Shown here: positions 28,780 to 44,598 of the stretch, one piece after another
Layout of the letters: each line of letters starts with the position of its first letter
Numbering within the stretch: the first letter of the stretch is position 1
Origin: Octopus vulgaris
Taxonomy: Eukaryota
Reading direction: 5' to 3'
Assembly (NCBI GenBank): GCA_951406725.2
Contig: OX597828.1
Span: 22,382,001-22,446,000 of the forward strand
Length of the DNA: 64,000 bases
Translations under genes and position numbers: made by a program
Notes under the pieces: generated by a model
Told to the model about the DNA's origin: nothing
The model's input: only the letters and a program-made list of their open reading frames with translations
Database searches by the model: none

Positions 28780-29690
28780 CTATTATTTGGCAGTAGTTAT
28801 CTGATGGCAAGGGAAAGGATGCTACATGATCTAAAGAAAGCGAAGAAGCACGACAGACTTGCTAATCCGATTAAAACTGCTGCGACACAAATGCATGAAT
28901 CAGGAGTGGAAAGAGAATTCTGTTTGGATTAAGACAGACAAGGGTTTGCTGATACAAGACAGCAAAAGCTCGATAGCTTGCTTAAGTAGCTTCTATCAAG
29001 ATTAAGACTCTTGTCGATCAAATGCAGGAATTGGGGATGGAAATATAATTATGTTTAAATCAAAACGGAGGAAATACTCGTACTGGTATAGAATGTGAAA
29101 CGGAAGAAGGACAACAAATTCGGAAATGTGCTGATTAAGCATTTATTGTACAATATCAATGGAAGCATACAAGAAATATGATTGGTGGGTTGGTGCTTTC
29201 GCTTACGGCTCCAACAATAATTACAGCAACCAAAGATTTACCATTAAACATTGTAATAGCTGCCTGCATTTTGTTACCACAAAAGTTATCTGTACAAGAC
29301 GTCTCAAAGTAAATACTTCAATAAACTATGTCTTGCTTAAATTTTCCAAGAATTTGTCTGTTCGTGATACACCAGATGTGATACGCCTCAGGACCTTCCT
29401 TTACTGCCAGGCTTTTTATAACTACAAGATAAATTAATGCAGGTTTATTTAAAAAAAAAAGAAATATAACGAAGATGCCGTAATGTTAAACGGAATGTTT
29501 GAAGTGAGACTTGGAGAGAATGATTAAGGGCATGCAATATCGAAAGCGGACCACGTGATATTAGGAAAATATCGCTTAGTAAACTTAACCTTCTAATAGG
29601 TATAGCGATAGATAGGTACATACATACATACATACACATATACACATATACATACAAATATACATACATACATGCATACATATATGGATG

Positions 29691-30070
29691 GAAGCACTCC
29701 GTCGGTTACGACGACGAGGGTTCCGGTTGATCCGATCAACGGAACAGCCTGCTCGTGAAATTAACGTGCAAGTGGCTGAGCACTCCACAGACACGTGTAC
29801 CCTTAACGTAGTTCTCGGGGATATTCAGCGTGACACAGAGAATGACAAGGCCGGCCCTTTGAAATACAGGTACAACAGAAACAGGAAGTAAGAGTGAGAG
29901 AAAGTTGTGGTGAAAGAGTACAGCAGGGATCACCACCATCCCCTGCCGGAGCCTCGTGGAGCTTTTAGGTGTTTTGGCTCAATAAACACTCACAACGCCC
30001 GGTCTGGGAATCGAAACCGCGATCCTACGACGCGAGTCCGCTGCCCTAACCACTGGGCCATTGCGCCTCC
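29691..30070 (-). mobile_element. SINE family C, full length
   Basis: Minus head ggaggcgcaatggcccagtggttagggcagcggactcgcgtcgtaggatcgcggtttcgattccc (A and B boxes); colinear with 46038-46398. Confidence 0.9.
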
Positions 30071-30344
30071 ACGCATACATATATACAGATAGACAGACAG
30101 GCATAATGGATGTCCACTCTTGAACGGCGAAGGCCATCACTGATCTCTAGGATCATTGTGCACTTAGATAAATTTATACTTTACAATGGTGGCCACGCTG
30201 GTGACCAAAGAGTCCAGTAAATAAATATCGCAGACTAAGTTTCCTAGACTTACTGCAGTGACGGTGCGTTTTCGCGCCGCTCGATTAAGTTCTGCCTGAA
30301 GAAACTCTATTTCTGTTCTTCGAAAACACTCACTCCCTGCTAAG

Positions 30345-30915
30345 CTGGTAGCTTAGTTTTTCCTTGGGGCTGGCCGGATCGGAGCGATTTCAAGATTAAT
30401 CAGCTGAAATTGCGAGGATGAGCCGGCTCTTGACTGAAGATTAGAGGCTTCGAATGACCCGTCCGTTTTTTGTGTCGTCTATTTGAATGCTTTGCGTTCT
30501 TGTCCCATTTTGTATTTTTATATATATTTTCTATACATATATATATATATCCTTTAAATATATATATACATATGTATATATAATTTAATTCGTCCTTAGT
30601 CGAAAGACACCTGTTGGTTAATGTCTTGTTGCTTGTATTTGTAATTGTGTACCATTTCTCTGTTTTTTCCCTCCTTGTTTTCGTATACATTCGCTCGTTT
30701 TCTTTCAAGGAATCTATGCTCTTAGCTTAGATTTTCTTGGGGCCGGCCAGATTGGAGCAGACTTGAGTGTAACCGGCCGAAACTGCTTAGATGATCTGGT
30801 ACTCGACTGCGGATAGGATGCTCCGAATGTCCCGTCGTTGTTTTTTTCCTGTCCGTTTTTATATCCTCTAACTATTCGGATGTTTTGATGTCGTCAGTTG
30901 CGGTCTTGTTCCATA
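30345..30915. repeat. Two diverged direct copies of an unclassified interspersed repeat
   Basis: tagcttagtttttccttggggctggccggatcggagc...cgaatgacccgtccg (about 30349) versus tagcttagattttcttggggccggccagattggagc...cgaatgtcccgtcg (about 30723). Confidence 0.7.
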
Positions 30916-31114
30916 TTTTGCTTTCTTTTTTTATATATAAAAATTATATAAGTATATATATATATATATATATATTATACATATAAAATAAGAGGAAAAA
31001 CAGAAAAATTTTAATGCCAAATATGCCGAAAAAGACAAAATTGTCAATAACCATTATAATTTAAGCATCTCGAAACAAGCCGATAGAAATTTCAAAAAAA
31101 ATCCGTTATTACCG

Positions 31115-31168
31115 TATTGGTCCCCATTTCGGGGTTAATTCATAAGAATTTTCCCCTCCTCAGCGATA
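31115..31168 (-). ncRNA. Decayed hammerhead motif
   Basis: Minus tatcg-CTGAGGA-gggg-aaaattcttatgaattaa-cccc-GAAA-tggggac-caata; stem III and cleavage site degenerate. Confidence 0.4.
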
Positions 31169-32157
31169 AATACGTAAGACATAAATGAAATACTTACTCA
31201 TACCCATGGAAAAAGCAAGCACTAAATCCTGAGCAGACCTGAGTACCTCAAATATATATATATATATATATATATACTATATATATAATGAATGGCTTTG
31301 CTATATTCCTTATATGAAGGGGTTGCTATATCAAGCAAATTAGTCACAACGAGAGAAGGTGTAGATTTTTTATCTACATAAATCGACAAAATCAGAAAAT
31401 TACAAGAGTTTCATAGCGTACCGAGATGTGATCCAGCTCTGACGTATCGCTTATTCTATTTAATATCTGTTGCGTACAGATATTTCGCTCTGTAATTGGA
31501 TTAAATACCTTTACATTTTGACTACGAAATCAAGTGGTTGTGGTGGCACTGCTGTTATTGCCGTTGTTGTTGTTGGTGGTGGTGGAGGAGGATGCGGTGT
31601 TGATGATGGTACTGATGGTATTGACTTGTGTGGTAATGATGAACTGATAATAACAATCATAATTCTGAGATTATTGAGTACAATATTGCATAATTACGCA
31701 AAATATGAACCACTGGAACGACGACGAACAAGCCACCGCGACAACTTCTACCAACGCCGCCAACGCCACCACCACCACTACTACCAAATAATAATAACAA
31801 AATAACATTAATGCTAATGATGCACTGATAATAACAAAAAATTAGCAATAATAATAATAATAAAAAAAAAAAAATAATAATAATAATGATAATAATGACG
31901 ACAGTGCTAAGTAAGGAGTAGTTTCTTTTACTGGCCAAAAGGACAGAAGACGTTAAGGAATAAACGGGAATGCAACGGGAAAAACATGGAGGAAACCGAA
32001 AGAACTTATCACTACTACCACCACTACCACCATCACCATCCCCTTCATCAATAACGTGACGAAGAAGCCGAAGTAAAAAAGGAGAGGAGAGAACGTAAAC
32101 ATAAACAACAGAAATAACAGCTGTAACAACAACAACAACAATAATAATACTAATACA

Positions 32158-32199
<42 letters not shown>

Positions 32200-32358
32200 G
32201 ATGATTATGATAATGATAATAAGAATAGTAATAATAATCATAATAATAATAATGCGATTATGATAAATAATTTCTTCCCCCTTTAAGCTATAAATACGTT
32301 TTATTTGAAATAAGTACGATCAATTAATTTACGATTTAAAGGAGAAAAAATAGAGAAA

Positions 32359-32359
<1 letters not shown>

Positions 32360-32425
<66 letters not shown>

Positions 32426-32860
32426 ATATATATGTATGTATATATATATATATGTATGTATGTATGTATATATATATATGTATGTATATATATATATATG
32501 TATGTATGTATATATATATATATATATGTATGTATATATATATATATGTATGTATATATATATATATGTATGTATATATATATATGTATGTATATATATA
32601 TATATGTATGTATATATATATATATGTATGTATATATATATATATGTATGTATATATATATATATATGTATGTATATATATATATATGTATGTATATATA
32701 TATATATATGTATGTATATATATATATATGTATGTATATATATATATATATATGTATGTATATATATATATATATGTATGTATATATATATATATGTATG
32801 TATATATATATATATGTATGTATATATATATATACATATATGTATGTATATATATATATG
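32360..32860. repeat. (TA)n(TATG) compound satellite
   Basis: Directly visible. Confidence 0.95.
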
Positions 32861-33261
32861 TGTATTTACATACGAATATAAATATATGTTTGTGTTTGTG
32901 GTGTGTGTGTGTGTGTTTATGTGCACAAGTGAGTATATGAATGAGTAGATATTGTGAGAAATAGTGATCGAAAAAAGACAGAGGCTGTGAGGCACTAACA
33001 ATATAACATTGTAATAGCAGGAATGTAATAATGATGATGACGGTGATGATAATGATGATGATGATGATGATGACGATGATAATGACGTTGATGATAATGA
33101 TGATGATGATGATAATGACGATGATAATGACGACGATAATAATAATAATAATAATAATAATAATAGTAATGATCATAATGTGATATGTGTAATAAGATAC
33201 AAACACAATTTATATACACACTTATATATATATAAATATATATATATACATATATATACAT

Positions 33262-33367
<106 letters not shown>

Positions 33368-34276
33368 ATATATATATACATACACGCACATACACTCACG
33401 CACACGAACACATCGTATGAACATATACATAATACAATTACTGTACTTTACAGATAATTATCAATTTGGAATTTAATTTAGAATTAATTGAAATTTGAGT
33501 TGCTATCGTTTCAGGAAATACAACATTTTATATTCGTAATTCAAACGGAATTCTCTAAAATATTCTATGGTGTTCGTCTGTGATGTGATTCAATTCATTT
33601 AAACACTATTTATCAAAAAATAAATTATACAGAATTAGCAGTGGAGTCCTACTGCCGTTATGGCTGCTGTTGCTGTTTGGGGGGTTTGTTTGTCCGTCGG
33701 TGGTGCTAGTGTTGCTTGGTGTCGTTGGTGGTTCCGGCGTCTTGTGGTGACGCTGATGGTGATGGTCGTTATCTTGTGGTACTGGTGATGGTGGTGATGG
33801 TGCTAGTGTTGATGGTGTTGTTTATAGCGGTGGCCTTTATGGTGATGATGGCTGTAATAGAGTATTTATTGAGGTTTGCTTGTGATGGTGATAAAAGTGC
33901 ATTGGTCACAGTCCATACCGGAATTCCCTGGTTGTGGTAAATGATGGTGTTAATGGCCGTGATGACTGTTGTGGTGTTATCGTGGTCATTTGGGTGGGTG
34001 GGGGGGCAATAGTGGTGCTAATCTTGACGATATTTGGCCAATGATGGTGATTTATGCTACTCTTTGTCGCGGTGATTGATAGTCGCTTTAGTTGTGATTG
34101 ATGATAGATGGTGGTATTCGTCATGGCGACTGACGGTCGGTGGTGGACTTAGTTGTAGTGACTGATGGTTGATGGTGGTGTTTGTCTTGGTGACCGATAA
34201 TTTTTGGTACTTTAATCGTTATGATTGAGGTTTCACTGTTGTGCTAGTGGTAGTGCACGATGGTCATTCCAGCCAT

Positions 34277-34470
34277 GAATCGTTAGCACGCTGGACGAAA
34301 TACTTAGCGGTATTTCGCCCGTTGCTACGTTCTGAGTTCAAATTCTGCCGAGGTCAACTTTGTCTTTTATAATTTCGGGGTCGATAAAATAAGTAGCAAT
34401 TATGTGCTGTGATCGGTGTAATCGATAGCCCCTTCCCCTAAAATTTCAGGCTTTGTGCCTATAATAGAAT
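34277..34470 (+). mobile_element. SINE family A, diverged
   Basis: gaatcgttagcacgctggacgaaatacttagcggtatttcg...gagttcaaattctgccgagg. Confidence 0.85.
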
Positions 34471-34508
34471 CTTTATTTGGCTCCATGTAACCCACCGGGA
34501 TCAGACAT

Positions 34509-34846
34509 GGGTGATCCCCTTCGGTCATGAATGACCACGGGATTGCACCTAGAAGTTTACCCTACCACACACAAGCCCGGGCAATGTTGCATGGAAGACA
34601 AGCAGTCGCCCATACATACCAGCCTCCTTGCTCCACACCACCGATGTTATCCAAGGGAAATGCAAAGGGGCCGATACAGTTTTGTACCAGTGAACATCGC
34701 AACCCATTTCTTCAGCTGAGGGAACTGGAGCAACATGAAATAAAGTGTCTTGCTCAAGAACACATCACGCAGCCCGGTCTTGGAATCGAACTCACAACCT
34801 TATGATTGTGAGCCCGATGCTCTAACCACTACGCCAAACGCCTTCA
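34509..34846 (-). mobile_element. SINE family D
   Basis: Reverse complement is colinear with 61749-62088. Confidence 0.85.
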
Positions 34847-35347
34847 CAGACATATGATGAACCATTTGACTGACATGACCGGGATCAATATTCTCCAGGT
34901 CTTGGATTATTTAAGACACAAACTTATCACATTGTTTAAGCCGTCATGGCACGACGCAGGGTAAATTAAGCTGCTATTTCTAGCAGGTTGGTTCGTAATC
35001 ATTATTCAGTCAACCTGTTGTCTTTTCTGATATTCGTGATGTTTTATTCTTGTTGTTAAATCTGTTGATGTTGTAGAGTTATTGATGGTTTCTGAAGATG
35101 ATTGACGTAGGGGGTGCTAGTGCCGATGATGGTGGCGACGATGGTAGTGGTGATGATGAAGATGGTCGTCGTTATGGTATTAGTGATGATAATAGTCGTA
35201 GTTGTGTTAGTGGCGGTGGTGATGGCGGCTGAGTTTCTATTAAGGCGTAGAGAATTCGGTTCAAAGGTTACTCAGTGCAAAATCAAGTGTATATAAGAGC
35301 AACGTGTATTTCTCTCTGTACATGTATGGGTATCTGTATATGTACAT

Positions 35348-35418
<71 letters not shown>

Positions 35419-35603
35419 TGTATGTATGTATGTATGTATGTATGTATGTATGTATGTATGCATATATGTATATATGTATGTATGTATGTATGAATGTATG
35501 TATGTGTTCGTGTGTGTGTATTATGTGCGTATGCATTTCATTAATAAAAAATCACGTGAAATCTACATTCCGTATCTCATATTTGCTACATATATATATA
35601 ATT

Positions 35604-35654
<51 letters not shown>

Positions 35655-35792
35655 TCATACATATATATATATATGCATATATATATATTGTATATCTACG
35701 TAAATAAATATACATGTATGTGTATGTGTTCGTGTGCGTGCGTGTACATACGTACGTATATAAAGAGACGGATAGGGATAGGTACGTAGATG

Positions 35793-35853
<61 letters not shown>

Positions 35854-36326
35854 GTAAGTAGATAAATAGATAGACGTGTGTAAGATTTATAATAAAATGA
35901 ATGAAACAGGAATATTAAAATGTATAAAAAGAAATACAACGAAACCTTAAAATCAGGTTTTAACGAATCTGTGCAGAAATGGAATATGAAATAGTAAAAA
36001 ATAAAAATGAAAATAAAACATCAGTTTCTGATTCGAAATCAATGGAAGCTGATCTAATTTTAGTATTGAAATATGCAAATAGTCGAACATGTTTTGTTCA
36101 TATTGTTATTATTTTTTTTCCTTCCTTGATTTCTTTGAAAATTTTTATTGTGTGCGAGTGATTTTTCGGAGAAGGGGTCGTTTCAATATCCATCGATTAA
36201 TCGCATCGACGGGAAGTATATTCCGTCATACATATGCCCAATATGCACACAGGTGCAGACGCAAACATTCAGGCAGGTACATAGGTATATCATAGACGCG
36301 TGTGTGAGAGCATGTGCGTGCATTTG

Positions 36327-37975
<1,649 letters not shown>

Positions 37976-38499
37976 CATATGTATGTGTGTGTATGTGCGC
38001 TACGTGTGTTTGCGTCTGTTTGTGCGTTTGTTATCGTGCTTTTGCGTGTGTACATATGTGTACATAACGGATGTTTATAGAGATATCGCTTCTGTTCGAT
38101 CGTTACCAGAAATCATTCAACATCATCGTTTGGTATTCAAAGCAATTATATCCGCCATGAAAACAATAGTTTTCTCAGTTTTACTCCTACCTCTCGTACT
38201 TTTACTTATATTTAAATTATGTAGACATCATGATACGTTGAGGAATTTTTCTACTGCTGTTAGGATTCCGTTTGGATTCTCCACCTCTAAATACACTGAA
38301 TGTACACAAACCTGGTATAGTCATTCGCGAGGCATCATTTCTGAATTCCACGTTTCCCCTCACCAATTTTGAGTATATAATCATCTATAAATAATGTTCC
38401 ATTTATAATGTACTTTCTAAAGATATTTAATTCCAATTTTCCAGTAACAAATTGCAACGTATAAAATTTTACTGCACAAAACTCGATAGATATATATAA

Positions 38500-39550
38500 A
38501 CTCATACATACAATCAGAGAATCTGCGTTGGTATATTTTCGTCTGTTTCCGTGAAACCGAGTATTTAACTTTTTTTCTGCAAACGTGTTGGTGCATAACC
38601 GGATCTTTTCGGTTTGAACGGCAGTTTTTAACATAATTTCTAGGTAACTAAAAACTTTTAAACTTCATATACTGGAAGAATGTGTTTATAAAACATATTT
38701 TTCTCTTGGCTTTATTGAGAAAATTCTATAGTTTGTAAGATATTTGTTTGTTTGTTTTTTTTTCAATTTCTGCAATTTCAACCAATCAAATACGTCTATT
38801 GAGGTAAAAAAAACATTGTGCTGTATGAATATGTCCCTCGTTTAAGAAACAGATTGGGTTTATTTACATTTGTGAAGAAAAAAAAGATACCCTTCCCCCA
38901 CCTCTAACCCTAACCCTAAAATAGATTGAAGTGCATTAGATCGATACTAGGGTCATAATTATGGGTGACAATTTCATATGACACCGCTAGAAAAACTGCC
39001 GTTCAAACCGGAAGATCCGCATAACCTAATACACCGCAGATGATATGTACAAATGAGAGTTCAGTCAGGGTTCAAGTGCTGTATGTTCCGCATTAATTCA
39101 ACATAAATATTCTCTCTTTCTTGGACTCTTGATTGTAGATTCATATCCGCTGGGCAAGTGACCTCTAAAACAATGCATGACTTTTGTTCCCTAACTGAGA
39201 GTACAACATCAGTTCTGTTATGTTTACACCTAACTGATGTTTTTTATTGGGGTGTGCCACCAGTAGGCCATCATTTAAAAGTTGTAAATACCTACTGGTT
39301 CTGAGATGTCTTTGACGTATATATCAGGGCAGTCCTTCCTACGGATAGCATTGTAAATAATCTGTCCAACTATACCAATCGTCTGGGGCAGGTAATATCT
39401 CGTAGGTATTTTTGGGAAGCTGCACAACGTGGAAGCTTGATGGTAACTTTCCCCCTCTTGATTATCAGGTATTTAGTAGCAATCTAATAATAACGAAAGC
39501 CTACCGAGAAAAATTTCACTGGACTTTTGAACTGAAGCAAGACCTATACC
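38500..39550 (-). mobile_element. RLE-type non-LTR retrotransposon remnant (R2/R4 group), interrupted by a MITE
   Basis: Minus: IATKYLIIKR...PKIPTRYYLP...IIYNAIRRKDCPD...YWWHTPIK/SVRCKHNRTDVVLSVREQKSCIVLEVTCPADMNLQSRVQERENIYVELMRNIQHLNPD...IICGVLGY[MITE]APTRLQ. Confidence 0.8.
38601..39018. mobile_element. MITE with about 29-bp TIRs and 8-bp TSD (Merlin-like)
   Basis: TIR ggatcttttcggtttgaacggcagttttt / aaaaactgccgttcaaaccggaagatcc; TSD gcataacc at 38593-38600 and 39019-39026; internal ctaaccctaaccctaa. Superfamily call rests on GG termini plus 8-bp TSD only. Confidence 0.88.
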
Positions 39551-39849
39551 ATGTATGTATGTATGTATGTATGTATGTATGTATGTATGTATGTATGTAT
39601 GTATGTATGTATGTATTCAGTCTGGATTTATTTTACTATCAAATTTTACTATCAATGAATTTCTCTGTGTAATTCCTGTAATCACTGGTCTAATAATAAT
39701 AATAATAATAATAATAATGATAATAATATCCCTATTAGTTTATGTTTTGCTTCACTTTTATTTCTTCTATAATCTTCAATAAACACGTCTTGATTTATAA
39801 TCCTCGTTAACATATATATCGATGCAATTTCTACGTCATCTAATATTTC

Positions 39850-39925
39850 GTTCTTTAAAGCCTTCCCAGGTTTTAAAACCTTCTTTAAAACCTTCCCAGG
39901 TTTTAAAACCTTCTTTAAAACCTTT
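39850..39925. repeat. 30-bp tandem repeat (about 2.5 copies)
   Basis: ttctttaaa(g/a)ccttcccaggttttaaaacc repeated. Confidence 0.9.
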
Positions 39926-40352
39926 CCTATCATTGAATATCATTGAATATCGTAACTTCTGTAATCATAATCATAAATAAGCACTTTTAGCTAATACATT
40001 TTTGTAAACAACGCCTAGTTTCCAATTTTTCAGCCAATATAGCTTTCTCTTATATATCGGTATACTTCTATGAACGTTTATACGCTTTATATAATTTATC
40101 TTAAAATCCATTCAAATATTTTGATTTCTTAAATGCCTGCGGATATGACTTAGATACTTACTATAAACGACTCATTATTCAATTAGCTTCATCCATGTCT
40201 GTTTGGTTAAGGAGGGCGCTTTGCCGCCTGATAGTTTCAGGTTCAATCTCACTCCGCAGCAAATTGGGAGGGGTTGCTTCTATCATAGTCCCGGGTCAAC
40301 TATTTCCTTGTGACCTAAATTAATGCATGGAAACTATATATGCGTATACACA

Positions 40353-40448
<96 letters not shown>

Positions 40449-40481
40449 CATACGTACATATATATGTGTGTATATATATAT

Positions 40482-40715
40482 ATTCTTTTATTCATTTACT
40501 TGCCTCGGTCATTTGAATGCGGCCATGGTGGAGCACCACCTTTAATCGAATTAATCGATCCCATGCATTTTACTTTGTAAGCCAAGTACTTATTCAGTCG
40601 GTCTCTTTTGGTGACCCGCTAAGTTACGGGGACACAAACACATCGCTTGTCAAGCGATGGTGGGAGGGCAAGCACAGACTCACAAATACATACATACACA
40701 CACACACACATAGAC

Positions 40716-40748
<33 letters not shown>

Positions 40749-40902
40749 CACGACAGGCTTTTTCAGTTTCCGTCTACCAAATCCACTCACAAGATTTTGG
40801 TCGACCCGAGGCTATAGTAGGAGACACATACCGAAGGTGTCCCGCAGCGGTACTAATCCCGGAACCATATGGTTGGGACGCAAGATTCTTACCACATAGC
40901 CA
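40482..40902 (-). mobile_element. SINE family B
   Basis: Colinear with the other B copies. Confidence 0.85.
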
Positions 40903-41107
40903 TGTATATATATATTTCTCTATATATTTCTCTATATATTTCTCTACAGCTGTTTTCTCGACTCATTCATTTCATAAGGAAATCGTAGGCTTTAAACGGC
41001 AAATACTTCAGTTTTTCCTTAGCGGCAAACTAATATATTTTGTTTATTGTTCACTCACATGTCACTGTTTTTTGGTAAAAGTTTAGAAGCATATATATAA
41101 TTACACG

Positions 41108-41178
<71 letters not shown>

Positions 41179-41203
41179 ACACAAACACACACACACACAC
41201 ATA

Positions 41204-41800
41204 TGGCGGCGAGCTGGCAGAATCGTTAGCACGCCGGGCGAAATGCTTTGCGGTATTTCGTCTGCCGTTACGTTCTGAGTTCAAATTCTGCCGAGGTCGA
41301 CTTTGCCTTTCATCCTTTCGGGGTCAATTAAATAAGTACCAGTTATGCACTGGCGTCGATGTAATCGACTTAATCCGTTTGTCTGTCCTTGTTTGTCCTC
41401 TCTGTGTTTGGCCCCTTGTGGGTAGTAAAGAAATAGGTATTTCGTCTACCGCTACGTTCTGAGTTCAAATTCTGCGGAGGTCGACTTTGCTTTCATCCTT
41501 TCGGGGTCGATTAAATAAGTACCAGTTACGCACTGGGGTCGATATAATCGACGTAATCCGTTTGTCTGTCCTTGTTTGTCCTCTCTGTGTTTAGCCCCTT
41601 GTGGGTAGCAAAGAAATAGGTATTTTGTCTGTCTTTACTTACCCAGTTCAAATTCCACCGAGGTGGACTTTGCCTTTCATCCTTTCGGGGCCAATTAAAT
41701 AAGTACGCGTTACGCACTGGGGTCGATGTAATCAACTTAATCCCTTTGTCCGTCCTTGTTTGTCTCCCCTATGTTTAGCCCCCTGTGGGCAATAAAGAGA
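41204..41800 (+). mobile_element. SINE family A trimer
   Basis: Head ggcggcgagctggcagaatcgttagc followed by three units of about 190 bp. Confidence 0.9.
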
Positions 41801-42993
41801 TATATGTATGTATACACCTAATTATGCATACATATAATTATGTGTGTGTGCGTGTGTGTGTGTGTGTGCGTATGTGTTTTCTCTCTCTTCACGATCACTG
41901 TTTAAGAACATAATCGTGGTTACTTTACGTTCGTGGAACTTATCTCTTCGTAAAATATATCGACAAAATAAGCACCAGAGTTGAAAGTATGTCAATGTTT
42001 GTCAGCTATGTTCCCGAAGTACAAGTGCAATACTTCATATTTCCAATGCCATATATTCCATGAAAGAAATGGTTAACATTCTTTTGAAAAAGTTGCAAAT
42101 TAATTGTTGATGGAACAAACATGCTCTGGGAACGAAAACACCGAAGCGGTTATTGGAGATCTTGGGTTAAAGCTTGGGTAATGAAAATAATAGTGTAGAG
42201 CGCGTGGAAGAAAGCCGAATGTTACCCACCAACGACGAACTAAGCAGAATAGAGACAGGTAACAGCATATATGGGCCAGAAGCTGAAAAGTGTAGGCATA
42301 TGTTTTTATGCTAATACTTAACATCTTACAAATCCGATTATCTTCGGCTAATAGGAATTCAAATATGCAGCTAATATGAACCTGTTAAACGTACATAATA
42401 TGGAGTATCTGAAATATCTCACTGGCAGGTATAATATTCAGATTTTTCGCTAATGAATTCAATTCTCCTGAAGCCCTTTCCTCTTCTAACGAGATATCAA
42501 CTTTGCCACTTCTGTTAAGTTTTTTACGTTTTCTGTTTTACCTTGTGCTAGAAAGTGGGTTTATATAAACTTTTATTATAAAAGACTTTATAGATTAATT
42601 CATAGGTAGGTAAATAATTATTAATGTGTGTGTGCGTATGTCTGTAAGGGCATGAACACACGGAACGTGTTTACACATAGATGCACGTAAACACATATAT
42701 AGTTATGCCCACTTCGTCCAGCAAGGTGTAGATGGATCCCTGTGCTAATTTAAGTCTTGTTTGATATGAGAATGTATTTCATGTATTCCGTAGGCCTAAG
42801 CGCTAACTTGTCTGTATCCATTGGACGTATTTTGTCCTACTCGTAAACATTTTAGAAGGTGTATACATACATACATACATACATACATACATACATACAT
42901 ACATACATAAATATATACATACACACATACATACATACACACATGTATACATACATTCATGCACACATACATATATACATGCATACAAGTATG

Positions 42994-43442
42994 TATTACA
43001 AGTTCAGATTTATACTTGTAATTATTGGTGCCCTGGGATATGTAACACACTGCCTAAATACCAATCTTGAGAAATTAGGCTTCTTAAATCCAGAAAAGAG
43101 AAAGCTAATTCGAAGACTACAGATCTAATCCATCACTGGAACTGTAAAAATCTGTAAAACTTTCTAGAAGTTTATCATTTAAATATATATATGCAACTGT
43201 ATGCATGACAATACATATTTAAATTATACAAATCTGCACATACATACGTACATACCTACCTACGTACCTACATACATACATACATACATACATACATACA
43301 TACATACATACATACATACATACATAAATGCATATATACATACAAACAAAAATACCCTGTTGTTGATGTTGAAATTCCAATTAAGGAGCCTTGGATCTAG
43401 GTTAGAAACAGTTTTTTCTCTATTGGCAAGAATCTTGAAACA
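42994..43442 (+). mobile_element. RLE-type non-LTR 3' end, related to the 38.5-39.5 kb element
   Basis: YYKFRFILVIIGALGYVTHCLNTNLEKLGFLNPEKRKLIRRLQI*SITGTVKICKTF*KFII*, followed by a putative 3' UTR containing (CATA)n. Confidence 0.75.
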
Positions 43443-44154
43443 ACCCGAATAATGATATACATACATACAGTAAAATATGCAAGACTTTTCTCAAGTTCCA
43501 AATGTGAATTTGTCTATGTTAACTACATCTCCGAGATGGAGCCTTGTCTCTTTGTTGGAAACCGCCTCCCTTTTCACTGGAAGGTTTATAATAATTAAAA
43601 ACTAGAAGAGGCATGCATAAATGATTTAATTACTAACGACGGAAACAGTATTAGTTACAAAAGACAATCTTTATATGTAACTTCACATGAATGTCTTAAG
43701 AAAATCTGTCATATACATGTTTGATGCAATAAAGCATACTCCTAGGTCGTAACAGATGAGAATTGTCTGTTATGGGTACCGAAACTCCAATATCACGTAA
43801 TTTTAGCTTACCGCAAAACGAGCAGATCTTGCTGCCAGAATATATACACTATCTTTTGAGACATAGGTGTTGTAACTAGCCGGCAGGCTTATTAAGATGA
43901 TTATGAAATATGCAGATCTTTTGTCAATTTCTCTCACATCCACAGAATACAGACGTGTACAATTTTGACAAAGTGTTTGGATTACTGGTAACTTCTGTCT
44001 GACGCACAAATATAAACAGATACACCTCAAAAGTAAGCAAACTGCCGCCTCATCATACAGTTTTATCTGTGCTTGAAGTTTGTTAATGTATTATTATTTT
44101 CCATTTTAGATTACAGATTATCAGTTTATAGTAACTATCCATTGTGTGAACCCC

Positions 44155-44598
44155 ACTTAGATACTTACTATAAACGACTCATTATTTAATTAGCTTCATC
44201 CATGTCTGTTTGGTTAAGGAGAGCGCTTTGCCGCCTGATAGTTTCAGATTCAATCTCACTCCGCAGCAAATTGGGAGGGGTTGCTTATTTAATTACGGGG
44301 ACACAAACACATCGCTTGTCAAGCGATGGTGGGAGGGCAAGCACAGACTCAGAAATACATACATACACACACACACATACATACATACACACACATACAT
44401 ATATATATACACTACAGGCTTTTTCAGTTTCCGTCTACCAAATCCACTCACAAGATTTTGGTCGACCCGAGGCTATAGTAGGAGACACATACCGAAGGTG
44501 TCCCACAGCGGTACTAATCCCGGAACCATATTGTTGGGACGCAAGATTCTTACCACTTAGCCATCTATATATATATATTTCTCTATATATTTCTCTAC
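44155..44598 (+). repeat. Local duplication of 40148-40947 with an internal deletion; includes a partial SINE B
   Basis: 44155-44287 matches 40148-40280; 44292-44598 matches 40622-40947. Confidence 0.88.

Noticed and set aside
27450-29440. Decayed transposase or host exons in a microsatellite-free block
   Set aside because: No recognisable motif could be read in any frame by eye; a translated HMM search would be needed.
30297-30330. Hammerhead at ctgaaga...gaaa
   Set aside because: No convincing stem II or stem III pairing.
38903-38918. Interstitial telomere
   Set aside because: Only about 2.5 CCCTAA units, and they are internal to a MITE.
41204-41800. Repeat units as a CRISPR-like array
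   Set aside because: Units are about 190-bp SINE multimers with no unique spacers, in eukaryotic DNA with no cas genes.
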